Part shown: piece after piece, positions 10,268 to 20,354 of the stretch
Position numbering within the stretch: the first letter of the stretch is position 1
How the letters are laid out: every line of letters starts with the position of its first letter
NCBI RefSeq assembly: GCF_004010195.1
Contig: NC_057719.1
Location: 19,391,503 to 19,414,400 of the forward strand
Source: Chiloscyllium plagiosum
Taxonomy: Eukaryota
Reading direction: 5' to 3'
Length of the DNA: 22,898 nucleotides
Position numbers and translations under genes: made by a program
The notes under the pieces: model-generated
Databases searched by the model: none
The model's input: the letters and a program-made list of their open reading frames with translations, nothing else
Told to the model about the DNA's origin: nothing

Positions 10268-10545
10268 TTTTCATGGGATATGTGGGCCAGCATTTATTTC
10301 ATTGACCCTAGTTGCCCTTCAGGAGGTAGTGGTGATCTGCCTTCTAGAACTACTGTAGGCCATGTGCTGTAAATTGATCCATAATGGCCTTAGAAAGGAA
10401 TTTCAGAATTTTGATCCAGAAACAGTAAAGGAACAGTGTTATGTTTCTAAATCAGGATGGTGAATGGCTTGGAAGAGAACTTGCATGTGGTGGAGTTCCC
10501 ATGTATCTGCTGTCCTTGTTCTTCTTGAGGGAAGTGGTGTGTGTT
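10268..10545 (-). mobile_element. Decayed 3' end of an old L2/CR1-group LINE
   Basis: Same family as 722-850. The minus strand gives SFTVSGSKF*NSFL, resembling the LINE C-terminal RSF...WNSLP motif. Confidence 0.75.
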
Positions 10546-10778
10546 TCTTTAGTTGGTTTCAGGCAAAGCAACTATTGGGATTGTGTAGGTGCCTCTGAGT
10601 TGGGCAAAGATAGGGCATAAGTCAGCTGCTAGACAATTCCTCATTGCGTTCCACTAAAGACTGGATATCAAGTGAAGACTGGAAAAACTTCAGCTGTGAT
10701 GACCTCTACAGTAAAAACGCCTGCCAATGGAGACTACCTCGATGGAGGTGGCGACTTTGATGATGTATTGGTGGTTAC

Positions 10779-10819
10779 CTATATTGATAGAGCCATGCCT
10801 TTCCCAGAGTAAGGAAAAC
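10779..10819 (-). CDS. Candidate internal exon (41 nt)
   Basis: CTTTCTTTCTTTCAG|G acceptor and TAG|GTAACC donor; phase 2 to 1; FSLLWERHGSINI(G). Confidence 0.55.
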
Positions 10820-11041
10820 CTGAAAGAAAGAAAGCCTGGAGAATTTCAGTTTTTAAAAAAAGGTGCCTTTTGATGATGAACATGCATTGAATGGAAACTA
10901 TATTTCACAACATGGTCTGAACTGAATAGAAGCATCATTGGACCTTGGACCAGTTACAAGGTAATTTTCCTTGTTTCTGATGTTAGAGGGAAGTCTCATA
11001 TGAGCATGGCATGTGTCGACCATGATTTCATATTAACAGAG

Positions 11042-11622
11042 TTGAATTGAATTGAATTAGCTTTATTGTCACATGTACTCAAATAAGTACAGTGAAAAGT
11101 TTATAAGTTGCCATCTTAGGTACAAATGTACCTAGCTACAATCTGTAGTTGCAGAATAGAGAAATGAAGGAAAAACGTTACGTTACAATTATACATAGTA
11201 CAACCATTGGCGAGAATAAACCAAGAAGTGAAGTTAAAAAGACAAACATCACAGACTCTCTCCAAAGGCTCTCTGCAGCAGAGCAGCGCAGAGCACCTCT
11301 ATGTGGTCTGATCACCGGCAGTTGTCATGCTGTGTGCTGGGCTGATATGCCCGTGCCTGGCTACTTCAGCCACAATCCTGCACCAGGCCGCAACCCCTCT
11401 GCTCCACACTGAGCAGCTACCGCCATGCTCCGGCTGCTGGTGTCCCCACTTTGGGCTGCTGATTGCCAGCGTCCCTGCTTCAGAGGCTGGGATTTGAAGG
11501 CCAGGCATTCGAGGCTGAGAAAATGGAGGAGAGAGGGAAAAATAATGAAAAAGAAGAGAAAGAACAGGTTGAGCGGTGGAGTTCTGGCAGAGTTTCCTAC
11601 TTTGCCACCATCTTGTTGGAAG
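11042..11622 (-). mobile_element. Non-autonomous Rex1-tailed retroposon (~580 bp)
   Basis: 3' end TCACTGTAC...GTACATGTGACAATAAA plus (AATTC)n matches the ends of both Rex1 copies; no RT coding remnant; presumed 5' end CTTCCAACAAGATGGTGGC. Confidence 0.7.
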
Positions 11623-11749
11623 GTAAAGGCATCAGACCAGTGAGTGCAAAGGTCAAAAAAAGAAGTTCACTTCTAAAACTGCTAAAATAACTCGAACAAA
11701 CATCCAACTCAATATTCCAATTTGAGTTACAGCATATTATCATCTTCCA

Positions 11750-12140
11750 AGGAGAGACTAAAATGAGAAACCTTTGTCCTTGGTCCACTCTTTTGAGGGC
11801 AGTGAAGACAAAGTTGATGAGTGCTTATAACTTGTGTTGGGATAGGACAGAGACAGCAGAGTGTTGAATGATCTGAAGGTGGGAATACTGGACAGAAGAA
11901 TGTTGGAACAGATGAGTGTGGAATTGTTAAGTGCTTGGCTAATGATTTCAAGGGCAGCTGGGTTGAGGCAAATATGGAGAGGTGCAGGAGATGTGATGGT
12001 TTGGAGTGATATCGGATCTCTATCCTATTGAGTGTGCACGGAGTCAGAAAGTAAGTATCCTGGGAAGTTTGCATGATATCAATGGATTTTAAGTCATGTC
12101 CCAACTGACCATTTCAGCAACTCAGGAAGATGGTATTGAA
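11750..12140 (-). mobile_element. Ancient L2 LINE ORF2 C-terminal fragment
   Basis: LNPAALEIISQALNNSTLICSNILLSSIP and QIIQHSAVSVLS resemble L2 LS.SAAETLIHAFVTSRLDYSNALLAGLP and QLIQNSAAR.L. Confidence 0.7.
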
Positions 12141-12327
12141 TCATTATGGCAAATTCAGTTAGTATCTCCTTGACAGCTTTCAGATTAACCAATCGTTCCT
12201 CACACTTCATTGTATTATACTTTATTTTCCTATGTACCATCAGTCACTGCACACAAGACCTGGAGGCAGGCAAAGTGGAGCAGAGTAGAATGAACACCAC
12301 ACAAGGCCTGTCATGCAAACAATTTAA

Positions 12328-13100
12328 GAGTTTAATTTAGATAAATTTTAAGTGCTGCAGCTTGCAAAGGCAAATCAGGACAGGACTTATACACTTAATA
12401 GTAAGGCCCTGGGAATGTTGCTGAATTAAGAGACCTTGGAGTGCAGGTTCATAGTTCCTTGAAAGTGGAGTCCCAGGTAGACAGGATAGTGAAAAAGGCG
12501 CTTGGTATGCTTGCCTTTATTGGTCAGTGAATTGAGTATAGGAGTTGGGAGATTTAGGCTGTTGCGGCTGTATAGGACATTGGTTAAGCCACTATTGGAA
12601 TGCTGCATGCAATTCTGGTCTTCCTGCTATGGGAAGGATGTTGTGAAACTTGAAAAGTTCAGAAAAGATTTACAAGGATGTTGCCAGGGTTGGAGGTTAT
12701 TTTCCCTGGAGAGTTGGAGGCTAAGGTGTGACCTTGTAGAGTTTTATAAAATCATGAGGGGCATGGATAGGGTAAGTAGACAAGGTCTTCTCCCTAGGAT
12801 GACGGAGTCCAAAACTAGAGGGCATAGCTTTAGGTGAGAGGGGAAAGAGTTAAAAGGGACTTAAGGGGCAACTTTTTCATGCGTGTATGGAATGAGCTGT
12901 TAGAGGAAGTGGTGGAGGCTGGTACAGTAGCAACATTTAAAAGGCATCTGGATGGGTATATGAATAGGAAGGGCTTAGAGGGAAATGGGCCAAATGCTGG
13001 CAAATGGAACTAGATTAATTTAGGATATCTGGTTAGCATGGACAAGTTGGACTGAAGGGTCTGTTTCCATGCTATACAGCTCTGTGACTCTACAACTCTA
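12328..13100 (+). mobile_element. CR1 LINE 3' portion
   Basis: LRLYRTLVKPLLECCMQFWS and RLRCDLVEFYKIMRG; collinear with 21550-22356; GACTCTA-type tail. Confidence 0.95.
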
Positions 13101-13692
13101 AATTGAGGGCAGAAGCATTAGGGAAAGTGCAGGATCACAATTTACATTTCTTTCTTTCCTTCTCTCATCCATGGTACACTGAATGTCCAGTGCACTGCAC
13201 ATTGTCCATCAGTTGTTAAAATATTTCAAAAGGAGATAAACATTATGAAATTAAATGCACACTGCATCCTTTTTTTCTGCTAAGGCATTTAAAAAAAAAA
13301 CTAGTTACAGACACACAATAACACATCTCCATCGCCAGCTTTAAACTTGGATTTTCTGGCCTAAAGATAGTGATTGCATTGCACCACAAGAGCCCTTCAG
13401 CTAGGGCATTACTGTTAAATTTTGAATTGAACAAACAGTAAATATACACTGAATGACTTCAATCACAGATTAATTGCTATTTGGGATGCCAATCAGAACA
13501 TTCGTTTTGATCGTGGAAATTTAATGAAGGATTTGAAGCCTTGTGGCTCCTGCCATGCTTGTAAGGATGTTTTTAAAAAATGTATTTGCTTAGAATAATA
13601 CCAGGTAAATAGCCAGGAGATACGATGATCACATGACAAGGAGTGACGACTGCACGTCATCATTTTAAATGTATATCCTACCCACTCCTTAC

Positions 13693-13930
13693 CTGTCAGT
13701 CAACATGGACCTGCCAGTAACACTTCCCTCCCTTTCTTTTTCTTGCATTCACAATGAATAGGGTGTGTCAATGCTCCTGTTCTATTTTTGTTCCTCTTGA
13801 AACATGGCAAGCTATATCATGAATTTTGTGACATGCAGTGGAAAGTTACAAATGGATAAGTCTTTTAAGATTGTTAGATTTGTGATTTTTTTGAAAATGT
13901 CATTGTTATTTTCAGAGTCATTTGTTATAT
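13693..13930 (-). CDS. Candidate exon carrying 5' UTR and start (ATG 13748-13746)
   Basis: TTATTTTGTCCACAG acceptor and CAG|GTAAGG donor. The only frame open at the donor is MQEKEREGSVTGRSMLTD(R), phase 2, with an in-frame TGA just before the ATG. Confidence 0.45.
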
Positions 13931-14045
13931 CTGTGGACAAAATAATGTTTTTATCAGGGAATCATAGAAACTTTTGGCACAATAAGAAACCATTTGCTTC
14001 TTTGTACCTGCACTGTCTCTTTGAAAAACAGGAAAGTGTTGCTTG

Positions 14046-14597
14046 TGTCTTTAGAGTCATACAACATGGAAACAGACTGTTTGGTCCAACTAGTCTATGC
14101 CAACCAAGTTTCCCAAACTAAACTAGTCACACTTGCCTACGTTTAGCCCATATGCCTCTAAAGCTTTCCTATTCATATACCTGTCTTTTAAGTGTTAAAA
14201 CTGTACTTGCATCTACCACTTCCCCTGGCAGTTCATTCCACATACAAACCACCCTCTGTGTGAAAAGGTTGTCCCTTGGGTTCCTTTTAAATCTTTCTCC
14301 TCTCACCTTAAAATTATGCACTCTACTTTTTAAATTCTCCTACCCTAGGGAAAAGACTTTTGCTATCTATGCCCCTTATGATTTTATAAACATCAATAAA
14401 GTCACTTCTCAATCTCCTATGTTCCAGTGAAGGAAGTCCCAATCTATCCAACCTCCCCTTACAACTCAAACCTTCCAGTCTCAGTAATATCATTGCAAAT
14501 CTTTTCTGCACCCTCTCCAAATTAAAAATATCTTTCCTATAGCAGAAAGACCAAAACGTACACAGTACTCCAAAAGTGACTTCATCAACATCCTGTA
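14046..14597 (-). mobile_element. CR1 LINE 3' portion
   Basis: FWSFCYRKDIFNLERVQKRF and SLEHRRLRSDFIDVYKIIRG; 3' UTR TCTGTTTCCATGTTGTATGACTCTA. Confidence 0.95.
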
Positions 14598-14617
14598 AAA
14601 CCTTATTCAGGCTCAGT

Positions 14618-14639
14618 CTCTCTCTCTCTCTCTCTCTCT
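14618..14639. repeat. (TC)n microsatellite
   Basis: Direct reading. Confidence 0.95.
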
Positions 14640-14997
14640 TTCCCACCAGCACATTATAGTTTCAAAAAAATCAACTTAATCAGCTGTTTGTGCATCGGAA
14701 ACAGCCTGTCATGTAAGTGCATATCAGGACCACCAATAGTTATATGAAATATATGCCATGTTAATGTGCACCTTTCTTGCACCATGGGTCATATTATAGT
14801 TGCTGGGAGTTGTAAGTTTTCACAGTATGTCTTTATCAAATTTCTGACTATGTAGAGTTAGCTGGTGACTCGAATATGGAAAGAAATTGTATATCCAGGG
14901 CCAATGATCTTGAGAAATCCAGCAGGGTATGATATTTTTGAAGCAATCTGTAGAGGCCAGATTTATGGGTCATTTCAATGAACCTTTAATGTATTTA

Positions 14998-15312
14998 TTA
15001 GATTAGATTAGATTACTTACAGTGTGGAAACAGGCCCTTCGGCCCAACAAGTCCACACCGCCCCGCTGAAGCGCCACCCACCCATACCCTTACGTTTACC
15101 CCTTACCTAACACTACGGGCAATTTAGCATGGCCAATTCACCTGACCTGCACATCTTTGGACTGTGGGAGGAAACCGGAGCACCCGGAGGAAACCCACGC
15201 AGACACGGGGAGAACGTGCAAACTCCACAGTTAGTCGCCTGAGGCGGGAATTGAACCCGGGTCTCTGGCGCTGTGAGGCAGCCGTGCTAACCACTGTGCC
15301 ACCGTGCCGCCC
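14998..15312 (-). mobile_element. Young full-length HE1-type SINE
   Basis: 5' GGGCGGCACGGTGGCACAGTGG (A box), GGTTCAATTCC (B box), CpGs retained, (TAATC)n tail. Confidence 0.97.
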
Positions 15313-15454
15313 ATAATCTTGAAAAAAATTTATCTTGAAAAAAAATTATCAGGATAATTTGGGGTGACTGAGGAACTGTCATTGCATCATTCTCACAAGA
15401 ACCATTTGTGGGATTTTTTGGATATGATTTGATCAGGTGCAAGTTAAAATTTGG

Positions 15455-15558
15455 GATCACTATAAAAATGGAAATTGCAAAATGTTATTGCAAAATAGGT
15501 AAACATCGGTTAAAGTCACTTATATTTACTTAGTTCATTACAATACAAGAAATTCAGT
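15455..15558 (+). repeat. Diverged direct repeat, copy 1 (copy 2 at 16718-16863)
   Basis: 27-bp identical start GATCACTATAAAAATGGAAATTGCAAA and shared TTTACTTAGTTCATTACAATACAAGAAA. Confidence 0.9.
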
Positions 15559-15582
15559 AATTAAGTGGTAAGTGGTCAAAAT

Positions 15583-15875
15583 AAAGGAAGACTAGCATTT
15601 GCATAGCATTTATGTGATGAAATGGCATCACAAGCTTTACGAAAATGAAGTACTTCTGAAGTATGGGAACTACTGAATTTCTGCATAGGTGTCAATTTGC
15701 ACACAGCAAGTTTCTACAAGCACAAAGCAATAGTGGGCTGATGATCTGTTTTTAGTGCTACTATGTGTGTGATCAATATTGTCCCAAATATACCCAGGGT
15801 GACGACTTTGTCCTTCTTTAATCCTTTTCATCAACCTGAGAGAGTAGATAGGATTTTGGTTTAATGTAGTTATGT
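15583..15875 (-). mobile_element. Ancient Deu-domain SINE relic
   Basis: AAGACTAGCATTT, TGAAGTACTTCTGAAGT, TTGCACACAGCAAGTT, TTTTAGTG and CTGAGAGA are collinear with the split copy at 17032-18980. Confidence 0.7.
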
Positions 15876-16162
15876 CATGTTGCACATTAAGTATGTGGGT
15901 ATACCTTTAAGAAGCATGCTTATCATCACTGTATCATAGCATGTGACCTAAGGGTATAAAAGTCTCAGACACCATCTTACTGGCAATCTCTTAAAGTATG
16001 GTGAACTCCTCAAAACATTTTCCTGTGTTGTGAACGAATAACTTATTAGTAGCCCAGATATTTCCATTCCTGCAATTGAATTATTGCATGTAAAAATCCA
16101 ACTGAAATACATGCCAGTTGAATCTTTCAATAATACGTTATCTCTGCCTAGATTCTAATGTT

Positions 16163-16364
16163 ACGAGAGGTTACAAGAGCATTTCCGCATTCAGTACAGA
16201 CACTCTGCTGGAAGCAAACCCCTCATCAAACATCTAATTTAGATTAGATTAGATTAGATTAGATTACTTACAGTGTGGAAACAGGCACGAGAGGTTACAA
16301 GAGCATTTCCGCATTCAGTACAGACACTCTGCTGGAAGCAAACCCCTCATCAAACATCTAATTT
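16163..16364 (-). mobile_element. 46-bp HE1-type SINE 3' tail (16241-16286) flanked by a perfect 78-bp direct repeat
   Basis: 16163-16240 is identical to 16287-16364. The insert (AGATT)5-ACTTACAGTGTGGAAACAGGC matches 15000-15035 apart from tail length. Confidence 0.95.
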
Positions 16365-16717
16365 GTGATTTCTGAAATGTAATCAATAGGAAAACTGAAA
16401 GGAAAAGGGAGAAAAACATACCAATCTGGTCACACTGTAGAGGAGGCTGTTGGTAAAAAATGAGAACAATATGGTATTTGCTTTCAAACAGGCGCAGTAC
16501 CATGACATGCCTGGTAGTGGTGTTGTTGAAGCTTTGGCAACTACGGTTCTCCACATCGCCACCAAATGGCATTTAGTGTTGCCACAGTTGACTCCCCATA
16601 GCTTTACTGGAGCCATATTTATTCGTATTCCAGTATTGTACTTAAATAGGTTTTGAGTAATCAAAGTACATTGATGCCAATGCTCAATTTTAAATTGATT
16701 TTATTGTTGAGTTTATA

Positions 16718-16863
16718 GATCACTATAAAAATGGAAATTGCAAACTTAAGTGAAAACATACCTTTTTATGATCGCAAATCTCAGTGTTATTGCAAAATAA
16801 TTGTGAAACATTGGTTTAAGTCACTTATGTTTACTTAGTTCATTACAATACAAGAAACTCAGT
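16718..16863 (+). repeat. Diverged direct repeat, copy 2
   Basis: Matches 15455-15558 with ~40 extra nt at 16745-16784. Confidence 0.9.
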
Positions 16864-16949
16864 GCATTTTACCATTATTGAAATTTTCGGTTCTGTAAAC
16901 AAAAAAATAGAAGCAGATTTCCCAGATGTCTCCTCTTGAAGGTGGTGAC

Positions 16950-16971
16950 GTGTGTGTGTGTGTGTGTGTGT
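16950..16971. repeat. (GT)n microsatellite
   Basis: Direct reading. Confidence 0.95.
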
Positions 16972-17053
16972 AAGTAAAGACACAGATTCACAAGATTTCA
17001 TGACCACCTCAACTGCACTGGAAGATCTATGATAGAAGAAAGACTTGTACTTA

Positions 17054-18160
17054 TTGAATTGAACTGAATTGAATTGAATTTATTGTCACATGTACCGAGG
17101 CACAGTGAAAAGCTTTGTCTTGCAAGCAATACAGGCAGATCACATAGATAAGTAAATAATAGGTAAACAGCGGCAAAAACAAAAATACAGGTACAGACGA
17201 ATGTTCAGAGTTTGAGTCCATTCAGTATTTAACAACAGTAGGTAGAAACTATTTCGAAACCGGATGGTGCATGTGTTCAGACTTCTGTACATTCTCCCCG
17301 ATGGTAGAGGTTGTAGAAAATCTTTGCCAGGGTGGGATACATCTTTAAGAATGCTGGCGGCCTTTCCTTGACAGTGGGCCTGGTAGATGGATTCTATAAC
17401 TGGGAGGTTGGCCTTTGTGATTGCCCAGGCTGCGTTCACCACACTCTGTAACCGTCTCCGATCTTGAATGGTACAGTTGCCATACCAGGTAGTGATACGT
17501 CCAGACTGAATGCTCTCAATGGCACACCTATAAAAACTGGCAAGGGTATTTGCCGTCATGCCAAATTTCCTCAGCTGTCTGAGGAAGAAGAGACCTTGTT
17601 GGGCCTTTGTAACCAGTGTGTCCACATGAAAAATCCAAGAAAGCTTGTTGTGGATGACCACTCCCAGGAGCTTGACACTCTCCACTCGTCCCACCTCTGT
17701 GTTGTTAATGTGTAGGGGGGCATGAGTAACATCCTGCAGAAAGTCAATAACGAGTTCCTTGGTTTTGCCGGCATTGAGAGATAGGTTGTTCGCAGTGCAC
17801 CATTTTTCCAGGTTTTCCACCTCCCCTCTGTAGTCTGTTTCATCGCCATCTGAGATTCGACCGACTATGGTGGTGTCATCAGTGAACTGGTAAATGGCAA
17901 TAGCCTGGTATTTGATGACATAGTCATGGGTATACAGTGAGTACAGTAGGGGGCTAAGTATGCACCCCTGCGGCGCTCCAGTGAAGAGTGTTAGTGAGGA
18001 TGAAATATTGTCCCCAATCTTCACTGACTGTGGCCGGTGGGTCAGGAAACTGAGGATCCAGTTGCAGAGAGTGGAGCTTAGTCCGTCAAGGGGATAATAG
18101 CGTTGAAGGCTGAACTGTAGTCAATGAGTTGGATTCTTACGCAGCAGTTCTTGGTGTCTT
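17054..18160 (-). mobile_element. Rex1/Babar LINE, 5'-truncated RT to 3' end
   Basis: ORF 17140-18024 has [41 protein letters not shown] and [27 protein letters not shown] plus (AATTC)n tail. Confidence 0.95.
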
Positions 18161-18235
18161 GTGTAGCACATTTCACAATCACATGGTCTCCCAAACTATC
18201 AGCCAGTTAAGGGTTTTTTTGAAGTGTAGTCACTC

Positions 18236-18776
18236 TCATCATAAGAGCTAAAAACAGAAGTAGACAATTCAAGCCCTCAAGCCCTCTACCATTTGATACA
18301 ATCATGGCTGATTTCATCTTGGCCTCAACTCCACTTTCCTGCCTAATGATCATAAGACTTGAACTCATTACTAATTAAAAATCTGTCTGTCTCTTCCTTT
18401 GATTTACTCAATGTCCCAACATCACCACATTCTGGAGTAGTGAGTTCCACAGATTCACAATCATTTGAGGGAAGACATTCTTGTCATTGATTCATAGAAT
18501 CCCTACAGTGTGGAAGCATTTGGCCCATTGAGTCCACATTGACCTCCTCATCTCTGTTTTAAATCTGCTACTCCTTATCCTAACGCTATGTCATTCTAGA
18601 TTGTCCCACATAAGAAAACATCTTTTTCACATATACTTTGTTAATCCCCTTTAGCATCATATGTACATCAATTAGGTCTTTTTTCAATCTTCTAAATTCT
18701 GGAGAGTATAGACCTAAATTCTCCATCTCTCTTCATAAGACAAACCTCTCATTTTCAAAATCAAAATAGTGAACCT
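18236..18776 (-). mobile_element. Old CR1 3' portion
   Basis: Minus strand DLIDVHMMLKGINKV and VNLWNSLL motifs; CR1 3' UTR with CTACTTCTG. Confidence 0.85.
18481..18543 (-). mobile_element. Truncated HE1-type SINE tail inside CR1
   Basis: Reverse complement ...GCTTCCACACTGTAGGGATTCTATGAATCAATGAC matches the tail at 5736-5760. Confidence 0.8.
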
Positions 18777-19201
18777 GTTGCTCATGCAGAAAATACAGAA
18801 ATCGATTGCACACAGCAAGTTCACACAAACAACAAAGAGATGCTAATTTATTTTAGTGATGTTGTCATGGGTATAAATATTATTGATGAGATCAGGGAGA
18901 ATTTCCTTACCCTTCTTCAAAATATAGTCTGTCTGGAGTCGTTCACACACAGCTGAGAGAAAAAAAAATGTGATCTCATTTTTTCTCTTCAAATTATATA
19001 GTGCTCAATTCAAGTATATGCAAAGATGCAGCTGATGAATATACCAAAATTATTGTTTCATTGATGACTTGTTTTGGTCACAAAGTTAGGCATTTATTGT
19101 TGACAGCTGAATTTCAACATTATAGTTTGGCTTGTCAGAATGTCATGTTTCCAACTGCTGTAATCGAATAAAAGCTAGAATTACTTAACCTCATACCGAA
19201 C

Positions 19202-19421
19202 TGAAATAACTCCATTGAGGCTCGTATCCCGTCACCAAATTGCCATTTATTTGCATGTGCATAGTATATGGACTATGACCAGCTAGCGCAGAGGCAGAGT
19301 GAACAGAACCCCTGACATTCCCATCTATATCTGTGAGCCAGGACTCCCTAATTGGTCCAGCTTAACAGCCACAATCACAGAACTCATATTCAACAAGATC
19401 AACCTCATTCCAATCACTGCA
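19202..19421 (-). mobile_element. Solo LTR (220 bp)
   Basis: TG...CA termini; 5-bp flanks CGAAC/CTAAC (1 mismatch); on the minus strand CCAAT (19355-19351), TATA-like GATATAGAT and AATAAA (19251-19246) in U3-R order. Confidence 0.8.
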
Positions 19422-20257
19422 CTAACCTAATACAGTTAGTTATTCTAATAAACTCTTTATAGCAATTACAGAAACATGGCTCAGGGATGGGCAGGACTGG
19501 CAGCTTAATGTTCCAGGATACAAGTACTACAGGAAGGATAGAAAGGGAGACAAGAGAGGAGGGGGAGTGGCATTTTTGATAGGGGATAGCATTACAGCTG
19601 TGCTGAGGGAGGATATTCCCGGAAATACATCCAGGGAAGTTATTTGGGTGGAACTGAGAAATAAGAAAGGGATGATCACCTTATTGGGATTGTATTATAG
19701 ATCCCCCAATAGCCAGAGGGAAATTAAGAAACAAACTTGTAAGGAGATCTCAGCTATCTGTAAGAATAAGAGGGTAGTTATGAGTAGGGGATTTTAACTT
19801 TCCAAACATCGACTGGGACTGCCATAGTGTTAAAGGTTTAGATGGAGAGGAATTTCTTAAGTGTATACAAGACAATTTTCTGATTCAGTATGTGGATGTA
19901 CCTACTAGAGAAGGTGCAAAACTTGGGAAATAAGGCAGGCCAGGTGACTGAGGTGTCAGTGGGGAGCACTTTGGGGCCAGCGACCATAATTCTATTCATT
20001 TTAAAATAGTGATGGAAAAGGATAGACCACATGTAAAAGTTGAAGTTCTAAATTGGAGAAAGGCCAATTTTGACAGTATTAGGCAAGAACTTTCAAAAGC
20101 TGATTTGAGGCAGATGTTCGCAGGTAAAGGGATGGCTGGAAAATGCGAAGCCTTCAGAAATGAGATAACAAGAATCCAGAGAAAGTATATTCCTGTCAGG
20201 GTGAAAGGGAAGGCTGGTAGGTATAGGGAATGCTGGATGACTAAAGAAATTGAGGGT

Positions 20258-20354
20258 CAATGTAAGGGTATGAGTGGGTTGCGCTTCGGCGGGTCGGTGT
20301 GGACTTGTTGGGCCGAAGGGCCTGTTTCCACACTGTAATCTAATCTAATCTAAT
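20258..20354 (+). mobile_element. 5'-truncated HE1-type SINE inside CR1
   Basis: TAAGGGTATG...GGCCGAAGGGCCTGTTTCCACACTGTAA plus (TAATC)n matches the 3' end of the 14998-15312 copy. Confidence 0.93.

Larger units (their letters stand above)
17032..18980 (-). mobile_element. Ancient Deu-domain SINE in three pieces (17032-17053, 18161-18235, 18777-18980)
   Basis: Joined, the pieces read AAGACTTGTACTTA|TGTAGCAC...TGAAGTGTAGTCACT|GTTG...TTGCACACAGCAAG, collinear with 15583-15875. Confidence 0.65.

Noticed and set aside
11731..11757. 27-nt in-phase minus-strand mini-exon (SLSLEDDNML)
   Set aside because: Weak donor (CT|GTAACT) and the acceptor lies in L2-derived sequence; the phase fit could be chance.
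2521..15312. tRNA-like A/B boxes at 2521, 3921 and 15312
   Set aside because: These are SINE heads continuing into SINE bodies, not tRNA genes.
15315..15350. Short direct repeat ATCTTGAAAAAAA(A)TT next to the SINE 5' end
   Set aside because: Both copies are on one side of the SINE, so it is not its TSD; likely slippage.
4953..16364. Direct repeats as a possible CRISPR-like or RT-associated array
   Set aside because: Only two-copy duplications, no repeat-spacer periodicity, and a vertebrate LINE context.
17140..18024. 294-aa RT ORF as a functional or domesticated gene
   Set aside because: 5'-truncated Rex1 lacking the endonuclease and N-terminal RT, with FTDD in place of FADD, an upstream deletion and an apparently frameshifted C-terminus.
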